This document shows, in pieces, positions 26,653 through 33,928 of a stretch of 64,000 bases of DNA. The stretch is from assembly GCA_044225235.1 (NCBI GenBank), contig JBGAIX010000011.1:31452-95451 (forward strand), written 5' to 3'. The notes below the pieces were generated by a model, which did not search any database, had not been told where the DNA came from, and saw only the letters and a program-made list of their open reading frames with translations. A program made the position numbers and the translations under genes. Within the stretch, counting starts at the first letter, position 1. Each line of letters opens with the position of its first letter. Source of the stretch: Propionibacteriaceae bacterium (GTDB taxonomy: Bacteria; Actinomycetota; Actinomycetes; Propionibacteriales; Propionibacteriaceae).

Positions 26653-27022
26653 CAGGGTCCTCCTGCAGGTGGGTCGTGTCGGGACTGGCCTGCGCCGTCG
26701 GTGCGTCGCTCATCGTCGCCAGAACGGCGTCCAGCCGGGTGTACCGCTGCTCTGCTTCACGGCGGTACCGCTCAATCCATCTGGCCATCAGGTCGAACAC
26801 CTCGGCCTCGAGGTGTCGTGGGCGGCGCTGGGCCCCCCTGCTCGGACTGACCAGGCCGGCGCCTTCGAGCACCTTGAGGTGCCTGGAGATGGCCTGCAGG
26901 GTCACGGCGTACGGGGCCGCAAGTTCACCGACCGTCGCGTCCGAAGCGGCGAGCCGTACGACGATGTCGCGCCGAATCGGGTCGGCCAGCGCGGCGAAGA
27001 CGCGCGAGAGTTGGTCCTCCAT
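26633..27022 (-). CDS. ArsR/SmtB family transcriptional regulator
   Basis: 129 aa. Motifs VFAALADPIRRDIVVRL, ATVGELAAPYAVTLQAISRHLKVLEGAGLV. Confidence 0.88.
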   Translation of the reverse strand: MEDQLSRVFAALADPIRRDIVVRLAASDATVGELAAPYAVTLQAISRHLKVLEGAGLVSPSRGAQRRPRHLEAEVFDLMARWIERYRREAEQRYTRLDAVLATMSDAPTAQASPDTTHLQEDPDDQKSA

Positions 27023-27441
27023 CGACAGCGCTCCTCAGTTCAACTATCTGATTGATCTGACCCTAGCCGCCTTGCTCCTTGAAATCAACCAAAAGCTTGA
27101 AAAGGATGCACTCCCCGGACTGGTCGATGATGGGTCTGGCGTCGACGACCCGCGTGCGTGACCCTGCGCATCGACCCCTGAGGATCAGAGCCCACGCGAT
27201 GGAGAACGGCCGCTCGCGCCGCGCTCCGCGCCCCCCGGCGCCCTATGCCGCGAGTCCGCCTGCTGGCGCCGGCATGGGGCGGCAGCGACCACCCTCGGCT
27301 GGGCACCATGGTCGCGTCGCTCGCCGGCTAGGCAGTGTCGGGGTTGCCACAATGCGCACCGAATCGCGGTTTACAGCGTAAAGTCGATGCCAGGCGTCGT
27401 CCGCCGGACACGGCGGCCTGCTCAAGGCGAAGGGAGGAGCT

Positions 27442-27522
27442 ATGAACCGCGGCATCATCGGGACCATCATCGGAGTCCTGGTCATCATCATCTTGGTCAT
27501 CGTCATCCTGCAGTTGACCTAG
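27442..27522 (+). CDS. candidate 26-aa hydrophobic micro-protein (single TM helix)
   Basis: Not in the ORF track (under 60 aa). ATG 27442 lies 6 nt after GGGAGGAG. Sequence MNRGIIGTIIGVLVIIILVIVILQLT, stop TAG 27520-27522. A perfect hairpin follows 12 nt later. Confidence 0.45.
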   Translation: MNRGIIGTIIGVLVIIILVIVILQLT

Positions 27523-27534
27523 TACCGGAGGAGC

Positions 27535-27562
27535 CTCTGGGCGGAGTTCGCTCCGCCCAGAG
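27535..27562 (+). terminator. intrinsic-terminator-like hairpin (12-bp perfect stem, 4-nt loop, no T tract)
   Basis: CTCTGGGCGGAG-ttcg-CTCCGCCCAGAG, immediately downstream of the micro-ORF. Confidence 0.5.
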
Positions 27563-27916
27563 CGCCAGGGGTATGCCTACCGCCGAGCCCCTGGGTTTGG
27601 GTGCGTCGGTTTCCCTCTCGGGCGTCAACCGCCCGCTGCAGGCGGCACGGGGAGCGGCCGCCGAGGGTCGCGCCCGCCGAGGTGGTTCTTGCGCCAGCCG
27701 CATGATGTGCGGCGATTCACTATCGTCTGCAATGCTCGGCGGCCCGTCGAGGCGCGGGTCATCTCGGTCACCCCACCGAACCGGCTGCCCAAGTCAGAAC
27801 TGTGTTGCGCATTCTGGCCGTCGGACGGTGAATGTTCTTGACGCGGGGTCAATCAAAGGTAAGGCTGACTCCAGAAACGAGTACGTCCCAACGATCGGAG
27901 GCGCTCTCGTCTGCGG

Positions 27917-27930
27917 GTCGTCTAGACGAC
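27917..27930. promoter_or_regulatory. 14-bp perfect palindrome GTCGTCTAGACGAC (core GTCTAGAC, as in GntR/HutC-type operators)
   Basis: Read directly from the sequence. A second 10-bp perfect palindrome, TGTGGCCACA, lies at 27971-27980. Confidence 0.35.
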
Positions 27931-28065
27931 GTGCAATCGGTAACGGCCACCAATGGCTTGGGGGCGATTCTGTGGCCACAGGGGTCACAGACCGGCACGC
28001 ACGCTCTCGAGGGCGGCGCGCACGTGGACGCGTTGGTGCAGGAAGAGCACCTAACGCGATTTTGG

Positions 28066-28092
28066 CATGTCCACTTTAGGACATGTCCACTT
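28066..28092. repeat. two direct copies of CATGTCCACTT, 16 bp apart; candidate activator or repressor site
   Basis: Copies at 28066-28076 and 28082-28092. An inverted partial copy (GTGGAC) lies at 28024-28029. The repeats sit just upstream of a sigma70-like -35/-10 pair. Confidence 0.4.
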
Positions 28093-28110
28093 CCTGGCTC
28101 TGTTTCCGCG

Positions 28111-28139
28111 TGACTTCTCTCCTTCGGCTTGCGTAAGTT
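28111..28139 (+). promoter_or_regulatory. candidate promoter for the 28214 peptide ORF (-35 TGACTT, 17-nt spacer, -10 TAAGTT)
   Basis: Hexamers at 28111-28116 and 28134-28139. This is a pattern match only. Confidence 0.3.
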
Positions 28140-28213
28140 CTTCTTGAAACGTCAGGGTTCCCAAGCGGGCCAACAAAATTTCCGCCTGGGGCGTCAGTGA
28201 AGGGAAACTTCTC

Positions 28214-28372
28214 ATGCAGGCTTCGGTTCTCACCCGTCGCATCGTTCGTCTCGTCACCGCCGGCACCGTCGCCGTCGCCGCAACCGCAGTGGTTCTGCTG
28301 GCTCCCACCAGCGCCGACGCGGGCCACAGCCTCCGCACCGCAGGTCACTCGCTCGCGGGCCACTCGCTGTGA
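28214..28372 (+). CDS. candidate 52-aa secreted peptide: Sec-type signal peptide followed by three GHSL repeats
   Basis: Not in the ORF track. AAGGGA SD lies 8 nt before ATG 28214. Sequence MQASVLTRRIVRLVTAGTVAVAATAVVLLAPTSADA / GHSLRTAGHSLAGHSL, with an n-region (RR), an h-region and an AxA cleavage motif. Stop TGA 28370-28372. Confidence 0.45.
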   Translation: MQASVLTRRIVRLVTAGTVAVAATAVVLLAPTSADAGHSLRTAGHSLAGHSL

Positions 28373-28509
28373 TTGAGAGCCGAGGCCACTCGCTCTGAGC
28401 GCATCGATGACAATCCGGACCTTCGGAGTTGGGGAACTCCGCGGTAGGGATGCAAGGCGATTGCTCACCCGATCACCGTAAATGTGACCGCTCACATCGG
28501 CCAGCATTC

Positions 28510-28554
28510 GTTGAGCCCCGGTCCCCGCGCTAGCCGCGGAGGCCGGGGCTCAAC
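28510..28554. terminator. large hairpin (12-bp perfect stem GTTGAGCCCCGG / CCGGGGCTCAAC, 21-nt structured loop)
   Basis: Lies 138 nt downstream of the peptide ORF stop. Smaller hairpins precede it at 28425-28440 and 28482-28497. Confidence 0.4.
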
Positions 28555-28879
28555 GCATGTCACGCAGTGCAGGAGTGTGGGCACCGACCCCGCCCCCAGG
28601 AGTCCCTCCTGTTGGTCCCGCAAGTGGTTCGGTGGTCCCAAGAGGGCGCCGAGCCTCACTGGGCTATCAGCCGCGCGATCATATGAAGGGGTGCGACAGG
28701 TGGTGCAATACCTCACGAACTTCGCTAGCATCGGTAGAGCAGATGCACTAGATCTTCCGCAAGGAAGCCGGGATACCTGACGTTCCCGGAGACTCGGTGG
28801 GCGATGTGAGCGTCTGACCGAGTCAACCCGTGTAGGGCTTTCCCCGAGGCTCTACCCGGAGTTCCTCCCCCTAAGGGCG

Positions 28880-28910
28880 ACGCCCGCGGCTCATCGTGAG
28901 CCGCGGGCGT
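28880..28910. terminator. 14-bp perfect-stem hairpin ACGCCCGCGGCTCA-tcg-TGAGCCGCGGGCGT
   Basis: It contains the stop codon (28891-28893) of the minus-strand regulator gene. It could terminate transcripts from either direction. Confidence 0.5.
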
Positions 28911-30009
28911 GGCTTCCTTGTACGGCTCGTAGCGTGTTCGGCTGGCGATTCGCCCGGCCGCTGCTGCCACCCCTGTCGCCGCCGGCCGCTCGCCGCTCCA
29001 TCCGCAGGCCGTCGGCGCGCACCAGAGCGGCGCCGAGTTGCAGGCGCGTCGAGACGCCGAGCTCATCCATCAGCTCGGCGATCCACCGCCGGACAGAACG
29101 CACGTTGATGTTGAGCGTGTTGGCGATGGCCGAGTCGGTCGAGCCGGTCATCAGCATGGAGATCATCATTTGGCGGCGAGGGTCGTTGTCGGCGAAAAAC
29201 GAGGTGATGATGGGAACTGCAGCGTCCCACACCGCCTCGAACAGCCACTGCAAGGCCTCGACCAGGAGCGCGTGCCGCACGATCGATGCGCGCAACTCGT
29301 GGCCAGGGTTGTACGAGCGCATCGAGGGGATGAGGGCGATGTGGGAGTCGATGAGGATGAGCTTCATCGGCACCGGCGACGTACGCGACCGCTCGCCCTT
29401 TGCGGCGAAGAGCGCCAATTCCGCCAGCCGGTCGGCATCGAACCCAGGATGGTAGACACAGCGGAGGAGTACGTTGCGTTCCAACGCCTGCCACTCCGGC
29501 TCGCCCGCCAGTGACTCCGGTGTGATGTCCACCCGCGACTGTGCGTACGGGGGCTTGTCGAAGAAGCAGATCTCCCGGCGCGCAGAGTCCATCAGTTCCC
29601 GGTGCGCGGCCACGATCGATTCGCGGCCCACCAGGATCTTGACGTCCTCCTCCTGGCTCGCGCCGGCGGCCATCAGGTGGCTCTGCAACGACTCTGCGGC
29701 GACGCTGGCCAGTTCGATCTCGGACAGTCGCTGCGCCTTCAATTGACTCACCACATCGAGCAGTGGCAGCGCACGCCAATGTCCTTGTGTCGACACGGTG
29801 GCGAGGCCCAGCCTGCGCAGCTGTTCCAGCGTGTCAGCAACCAATTCCGTCGAGGTGGAAGTGAGGTCGGCCAACTCGCCCACCGAGGCCGACGCGAGAG
29901 GACCGAGTGCCACATAAACGGCCTCCGCCTCGGCGCTGATGCCGAGGGGCTGAAGCATGTCGTCCTTCCAAGACCGGTCCCAGGTCGGGTGGGCGATTGT
30001 CATCGACAC
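28891..30009 (-). CDS. transcriptional regulator with N-terminal TrmB-like wHTH and C-terminal LuxR/GerE-type HTH
   Basis: 372 aa. N-terminus AEAVYVALGPLASASVGELADLTSTSTELVADTLEQLRRLGL. C-terminus MLMTGSTDSAIANTLNINVRSVRRWIAELMDELGVSTRLQLGA. Confidence 0.8.
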   Translation of the reverse strand: MSMTIAHPTWDRSWKDDMLQPLGISAEAEAVYVALGPLASASVGELADLTSTSTELVADTLEQLRRLGLATVSTQGHWRALPLLDVVSQLKAQRLSEIELASVAAESLQSHLMAAGASQEEDVKILVGRESIVAAHRELMDSARREICFFDKPPYAQSRVDITPESLAGEPEWQALERNVLLRCVYHPGFDADRLAELALFAAKGERSRTSPVPMKLILIDSHIALIPSMRSYNPGHELRASIVRHALLVEALQWLFEAVWDAAVPIITSFFADNDPRRQMMISMLMTGSTDSAIANTLNINVRSVRRWIAELMDELGVSTRLQLGAALVRADGLRMERRAAGGDRGGSSGRANRQPNTLRAVQGSHARGSR

Positions 30010-30098
30010 CCCGTGCCACGGATCCGATACGCTGACCCCCGCAGCGCCCCGCCCGTCGGGACGATCGTCTCACAACGGCCGCAGAGGAGTCTTCACGT

Positions 30099-31592
30099 AT
30101 GACCCAGCTTGCGCAGATCGGTGTCACGGGGCTGGCGGTGATGGGGCGCAATCTGGCCCGCAATTTCGCCCGACACGGCCACCGCGTCGCCATCCACAAT
30201 CGGAGCTACGCCAAGACGGAGTCGCTCATCGCGGAGGCGGGCTCGGAAGGCACGTTCATCCCGTCGCAGACGATGGAGGAATTCGTCGCCTCGCTCGAGC
30301 GGCCACGCCGCGTGCTGATCATGGTGAAGGCCGGCGCAGGCACCGATGCCGTGATCGATGAGTTGATTCCGCTGCTCGAAGAGGGCGACATCGTCATCGA
30401 CGCAGGGAACGCGCACTTCCCGGACACGATCCGACGCGAAGCGAAGCTCCGCGAGCACGGCCTGCACTTCGTCGGCACTGGGGTTTCCGGCGGCGAGGAG
30501 GGAGCGCTGAACGGGCCGTCGATCATGCCCGGCGGGTCTCGCGAGTCCTACGAGTCGCTTGGCCCGTTGCTCGAGAGCATCGCCGCCGTGGTCGACGGTG
30601 TGCCGTGCTGCACCTACGTCGGGCCCGACGGCGCCGGTCACTTCGTGAAGATGGTGCACAACGGCATCGAGTACGCCGACATGCAACTGATCGCCGAGGC
30701 GTACGACCTCATCAAGACCGCGACTGGCGCCAGCGCAGCCGAGATAGGGGCGATCTTTGAGGAATGGAACTCCGGAGATCTGGAGTCCTTCCTCATCGAA
30801 ATCACCGCCGAGGTGCTGAAGCATGTCGACGCGGAGACGGGCAATGCCTTCGTCGACATCGTGATGGATCGTGCAGAGCAGAAGGGCACCGGCCGGTGGA
30901 CCGTCCAGAACGGCCTCGATCTGGGCGTGCCGATCACCGGCATCGCTGAGGCGACGTTCGCACGGGCGCTCTCCGGTTCCGTGCCGCAGCGCGACGCTGC
31001 ATTGAAGGCGCTGCCGGCCGAGGCCGGCGAGTGGCAGGTTGCCGACCGCGACGGGTTTGTCGAGGACGTCCGCCGAGCGCTCTACGCGTCGAAGGTCGTG
31101 GCCTACTCGCAGGGGTTCGATCAGATCGCCGCTGCGAGCGAGGAGTACGGCTGGGACATCGACAGGGGAGCGATGGCGCGCATCTGGCGCGGCGGTTGCA
31201 TCATCCGGGCCCGATTCCTCAACCGGATCACCGAGGCCTACGAGCGCAACCCCGAGCTGCCGTTGCTGCTGGCAGACGGCTACTTCGCCTCGGAGGTCGG
31301 CGCAAGCCTGGCGGCGTGGCGGCGGGTCGTCGCGGGTGCCGCCCAGAATGGAATCCCGACGCCGGCCTTCTCGTCGTCGCTGGCGTACTACGACGGGATT
31401 CGCGCCGAGCGGTTGCCGGCTGCGCTGATCCAGGCACAGCGGGACTTCTTCGGTGCGCACACCTATCGCCGGGTCGACAAGCCAGGCTCGTACCACACCG
31501 AGTGGAGCGCCGACCGTAGCGAGACGGCGATCGGCGGAGAGTCGATGCTGCCGCCGGAGCCCCCCGAGAAGGCGGACGACCGCCCGGCCTGA
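30099..31592 (+). CDS. gnd: NADP-dependent 6-phosphogluconate dehydrogenase (decarboxylating)
   Basis: 497 aa. Motifs IGVTGLAVMGRNLARN, GTGVSGGEEGA..GPSIMPGG, HFVKMVHNGIEYADMQLIAEAY, FFGAHTY. Confidence 0.95.
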   Translation: MTQLAQIGVTGLAVMGRNLARNFARHGHRVAIHNRSYAKTESLIAEAGSEGTFIPSQTMEEFVASLERPRRVLIMVKAGAGTDAVIDELIPLLEEGDIVIDAGNAHFPDTIRREAKLREHGLHFVGTGVSGGEEGALNGPSIMPGGSRESYESLGPLLESIAAVVDGVPCCTYVGPDGAGHFVKMVHNGIEYADMQLIAEAYDLIKTATGASAAEIGAIFEEWNSGDLESFLIEITAEVLKHVDAETGNAFVDIVMDRAEQKGTGRWTVQNGLDLGVPITGIAEATFARALSGSVPQRDAALKALPAEAGEWQVADRDGFVEDVRRALYASKVVAYSQGFDQIAAASEEYGWDIDRGAMARIWRGGCIIRARFLNRITEAYERNPELPLLLADGYFASEVGASLAAWRRVVAGAAQNGIPTPAFSSSLAYYDGIRAERLPAALIQAQRDFFGAHTYRRVDKPGSYHTEWSADRSETAIGGESMLPPEPPEKADDRPA

Positions 31593-31624
31593 GCCTCGCG
31601 ACGCGAGCGAGGACTGCGCTCGCG

Positions 31625-32377
31625 CTACCGGATTGCCGGCGATGCAGCGTCGCCGGTCTGCTCCATCGCATCCCGAGCTTCGGCGACGATTGCGTGCATC
31701 GCGGCTTCTGCCGACTGCGCGTCGCCTCGCTGAACGGCAGCGGCGACTTCGCCGTGCAGTCGTAGCGCGTCAGCGTCAGCGACGGCGGGCATCATTGCGT
31801 GCTCTGTGCGTCCCTCCAAGACGGCGACGACGACTGCACCGAGGCCGGCGAGCATCGGATTCCCGGCCGAGTCCAGCAGCGTGCGGTGGAACTCGACATC
31901 GTGGCGGAGGTACTCCTCGGCATTCGCAGCGCGCGAAGTGGAGGCCATCCCGATGACGGCGGCTGCGAGTGCCCCGCATTGGGCCGGGGTGGCGCGACGG
32001 GCGGCGAGCCCCGCGGCGAGCGGTTCGACGGCCGACCTCAACTCGCTGAGACTTCGCAGGTACGCCATCCGATCTGGGCCCGCCAGACGCCATCGCAACA
32101 CTCGAGAATCGAACGGACTCCACCGCTCGGGCGGTTGGACGGTGATGCCAACCCGCTGTCGGATCTCGACTAGGCCGAGCGATTCCAGGACGCGGACCGC
32201 TTCGCGGACGACGGTGCGGGAGACCCCGAGCTCCTGCGCGGCCTGATCGCTGGCGATCCTGCTGAAGGCAGGCCGACGCCCCGCGACGATGTCTGATCCC
32301 CACTGCTCGATCAAGGCGTCATGCAGCGGTCCGGGTGTCTCTTGCAGGCTGACCACGAGGAGGATCCTACCGCTCAA
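31625..32377 (-). CDS. GntR-family (FadR/FCD subfamily) transcriptional regulator, likely gluconate-locus repressor
   Basis: 250 aa (TTG start in the track, uncertain). wHTH ELGVSRTVVREAVRVLESLGLVEIRQRVG plus a helical FCD-like C-terminus. Divergent from gntP-gntK. Confidence 0.8.
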   Translation of the reverse strand: MSGRILLVVSLQETPGPLHDALIEQWGSDIVAGRRPAFSRIASDQAAQELGVSRTVVREAVRVLESLGLVEIRQRVGITVQPPERWSPFDSRVLRWRLAGPDRMAYLRSLSELRSAVEPLAAGLAARRATPAQCGALAAAVIGMASTSRAANAEEYLRHDVEFHRTLLDSAGNPMLAGLGAVVVAVLEGRTEHAMMPAVADADALRLHGEVAAAVQRGDAQSAEAAMHAIVAEARDAMEQTGDAASPAIR

Positions 32378-32480
32378 TTGGCTGACGACACCGGAGGCGG
32401 GTGGGTTAATTGACGTACGGCTGAGTCAAGAGTCTTGCAATAATCATACTAATACTCTACGGTCTTGCTAAACATCACAC

Positions 32481-32504
32481 GGAAGCGACCTCTAGGTCGC
32501 TTCC
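32481..32504. promoter_or_regulatory. 24-bp perfect palindrome or hairpin GGAAGCGACC-tcta-GGTCGCTTCC in the gntP leader
   Basis: Lies 9 nt upstream of the GGAGGGA SD of gntP. Direct GTCTTGC repeats sit at 32432-32438 and 32462-32468 in the AT-rich stretch just upstream. Confidence 0.45.
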
Positions 32505-32523
32505 TCAACGATCGGAGGGACGT

Positions 32524-33924
32524 GTGAACGCGTCATTGCTCGTGGCCGGAGTGCCACAGCTCGTACCACTCGCCGTGGGGGACGGTCGACTGATCCTGGC
32601 CGCCGTGGCCGGCTTCGCCGTCATCATCGGCTTGATCACCTGGCTCAAGGTGCATCCATTCCTGGGCCTCACGGTCGGGGCCATCGGTGTCGGACTGGCC
32701 GCCGGCCTGCCCGCGGCGGACACTCTGGAGAGCTTCGGCAAGGGCTTCGGAGCCACGATGGGCAGCGTCGGCGTGCTGATCGGGCTGGGAGCCATGTTCG
32801 GAAAACTGTTGGCCGACTCGGGCGGGGCGGACCGCATCGTCGACACGCTGGTGGCGAAGTCGAGTCCGCGTAGCCTGCCCTGGACGATGGGACTCGTCGG
32901 CGCCGTGATCGGCCTCCCGATGTTCTTCGAGATCGGCCTGGTGCTGCTGATCCCGGTCATCATCCTGGTGGCGCGTAGGTCCGGGCTGCCGCTGATGAAG
33001 ATCGCGATCCCGACTCTGGCCGGGCTGTCGGCGATGCACGGCCTGGTGCCGCCGCACCCCGGCCCGCTGATCGCCATCTCGACCCTGGGCGCCAACCTCG
33101 GACTGACCCTCGGCCTCGGCGTTCTGGTGGCGATTCCGACTGTCGTCGTCGCGGGACCCGTCTTCGGTCGGTTCGCTGCGAAGTGGGCGCCCGTGCCGGT
33201 GCCCGACCTGTTCATCACCGCCGAGGATGAGGGTGAGGATCCGGCCGGCCGGCCGCGGCCCAGCTTCGTCGCGGCGCTCGCCTGCATCGTGCTGCCGGTG
33301 ATCTTGATGTTGGCCAAGGCGCTCGCCGAGGTCATCGCCCCGGAGGCGGAAGGTGGCGTCAAGGCGCTGCTGGACGTGCTCGGGACGCCCATCGTCGCCC
33401 TGTTGATCGCTGTCGTCGTCGGCATCGTCGTGCTGGGCCGCGGCGGGCGGATGGGTCGTACTCAGATCGCCGAAACGCTGGAATCCAGCCTGCCGCCCAT
33501 CGCGGGCATCCTGCTCATCGTCGGTGCCGGCGGGGCGTTCAAGCAGGTCCTGATCGACACTGGCATCGGTGACGTGATCACTCGTGCGGTGATCGGAAGT
33601 GGGTTGTCGGTGCTGCTGCTCGGCTGGGTGGTTGCGGTGCTGGTGCGCGTCGCTACCGGCTCGGCGACTGTCGCGACGGTGACGGCTGCAGGACTGATGA
33701 CGCCGGTCGCGGCCACCCTTCCCTCGCCGGAGGTCGCGTTGCTCGTGCTGGCCATCGGCTCGGGATCGCTGTTCTTGTCCCACGTCAACGACGCGGGTTT
33801 CTGGCTGGTCAAGCAGTATCTCGGTACCAGCGTTCCGCAGAACCTCAAGACCTGGACGGTGATGGAGTGCCTGATCTCGGTCTGCGGCCTGGTCGGGGTG
33901 CTGCTGCTGGGTCTGGTGGTGTAG
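32524..33924 (+). CDS. gntP: GntP-family gluconate:H+ symporter
   Basis: 466 aa. Motifs ITWLKVHPFLGLTVGAIGVGLAAG, FGKGFGATMGSVGVLIGLGAMFGKLLADSGGADRI, NDAGFWLVKQY. Confidence 0.9.
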   Translation: MNASLLVAGVPQLVPLAVGDGRLILAAVAGFAVIIGLITWLKVHPFLGLTVGAIGVGLAAGLPAADTLESFGKGFGATMGSVGVLIGLGAMFGKLLADSGGADRIVDTLVAKSSPRSLPWTMGLVGAVIGLPMFFEIGLVLLIPVIILVARRSGLPLMKIAIPTLAGLSAMHGLVPPHPGPLIAISTLGANLGLTLGLGVLVAIPTVVVAGPVFGRFAAKWAPVPVPDLFITAEDEGEDPAGRPRPSFVAALACIVLPVILMLAKALAEVIAPEAEGGVKALLDVLGTPIVALLIAVVVGIVVLGRGGRMGRTQIAETLESSLPPIAGILLIVGAGGAFKQVLIDTGIGDVITRAVIGSGLSVLLLGWVVAVLVRVATGSATVATVTAAGLMTPVAATLPSPEVALLVLAIGSGSLFLSHVNDAGFWLVKQYLGTSVPQNLKTWTVMECLISVCGLVGVLLLGLVV

Positions 33925-33928
33925 GGCC

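Noticed and set aside
27040-27065. Imperfect palindrome TCAACTATCTGATTGA upstream of the ArsR gene as its operator
   Set aside because: Only the 4-bp arms (TCAA/TTGA) plus scattered positions match. It is too weak to call without comparative data.
27985-28050. 21-codon minus-strand stretch (VLFLHQRVHVRAALESVRAGL-stop) with high GC3 that looks like the C-terminal end of a decayed gene
   Set aside because: It is immediately preceded by an in-frame TAG and is too short to distinguish from chance. It is kept only as a weak hint that the island may contain gene remnants.
27387-28079. 230-aa plus-strand ORF covering most of the gene-poor island
   Set aside because: It is His/Arg/Ser/Gly-rich with no hydrophobic core or motif. 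It overlaps the much better supported SD-led micro-ORF in another frame and has no SD at its ATG.
28600-28810. Possible known ncRNA: a GGGGTGC start reminiscent of a TPP riboswitch, CCTCACTGGGC reminiscent of a cobalamin B12 box, CCGCAAGGAAGCCGGG reminiscent of SRP RNA, and a C-rich run reminiscent of 6C RNA
   Set aside because: None of the defining conserved cores is present: no CUGAGA and ACCUGAUCUGGAUAAUGCCAGCG-like segment for TPP, no GGAAG...AGCA SRP domain IV, and no two C-rich loops for 6C. A covariance-model scan would be needed to be sure.
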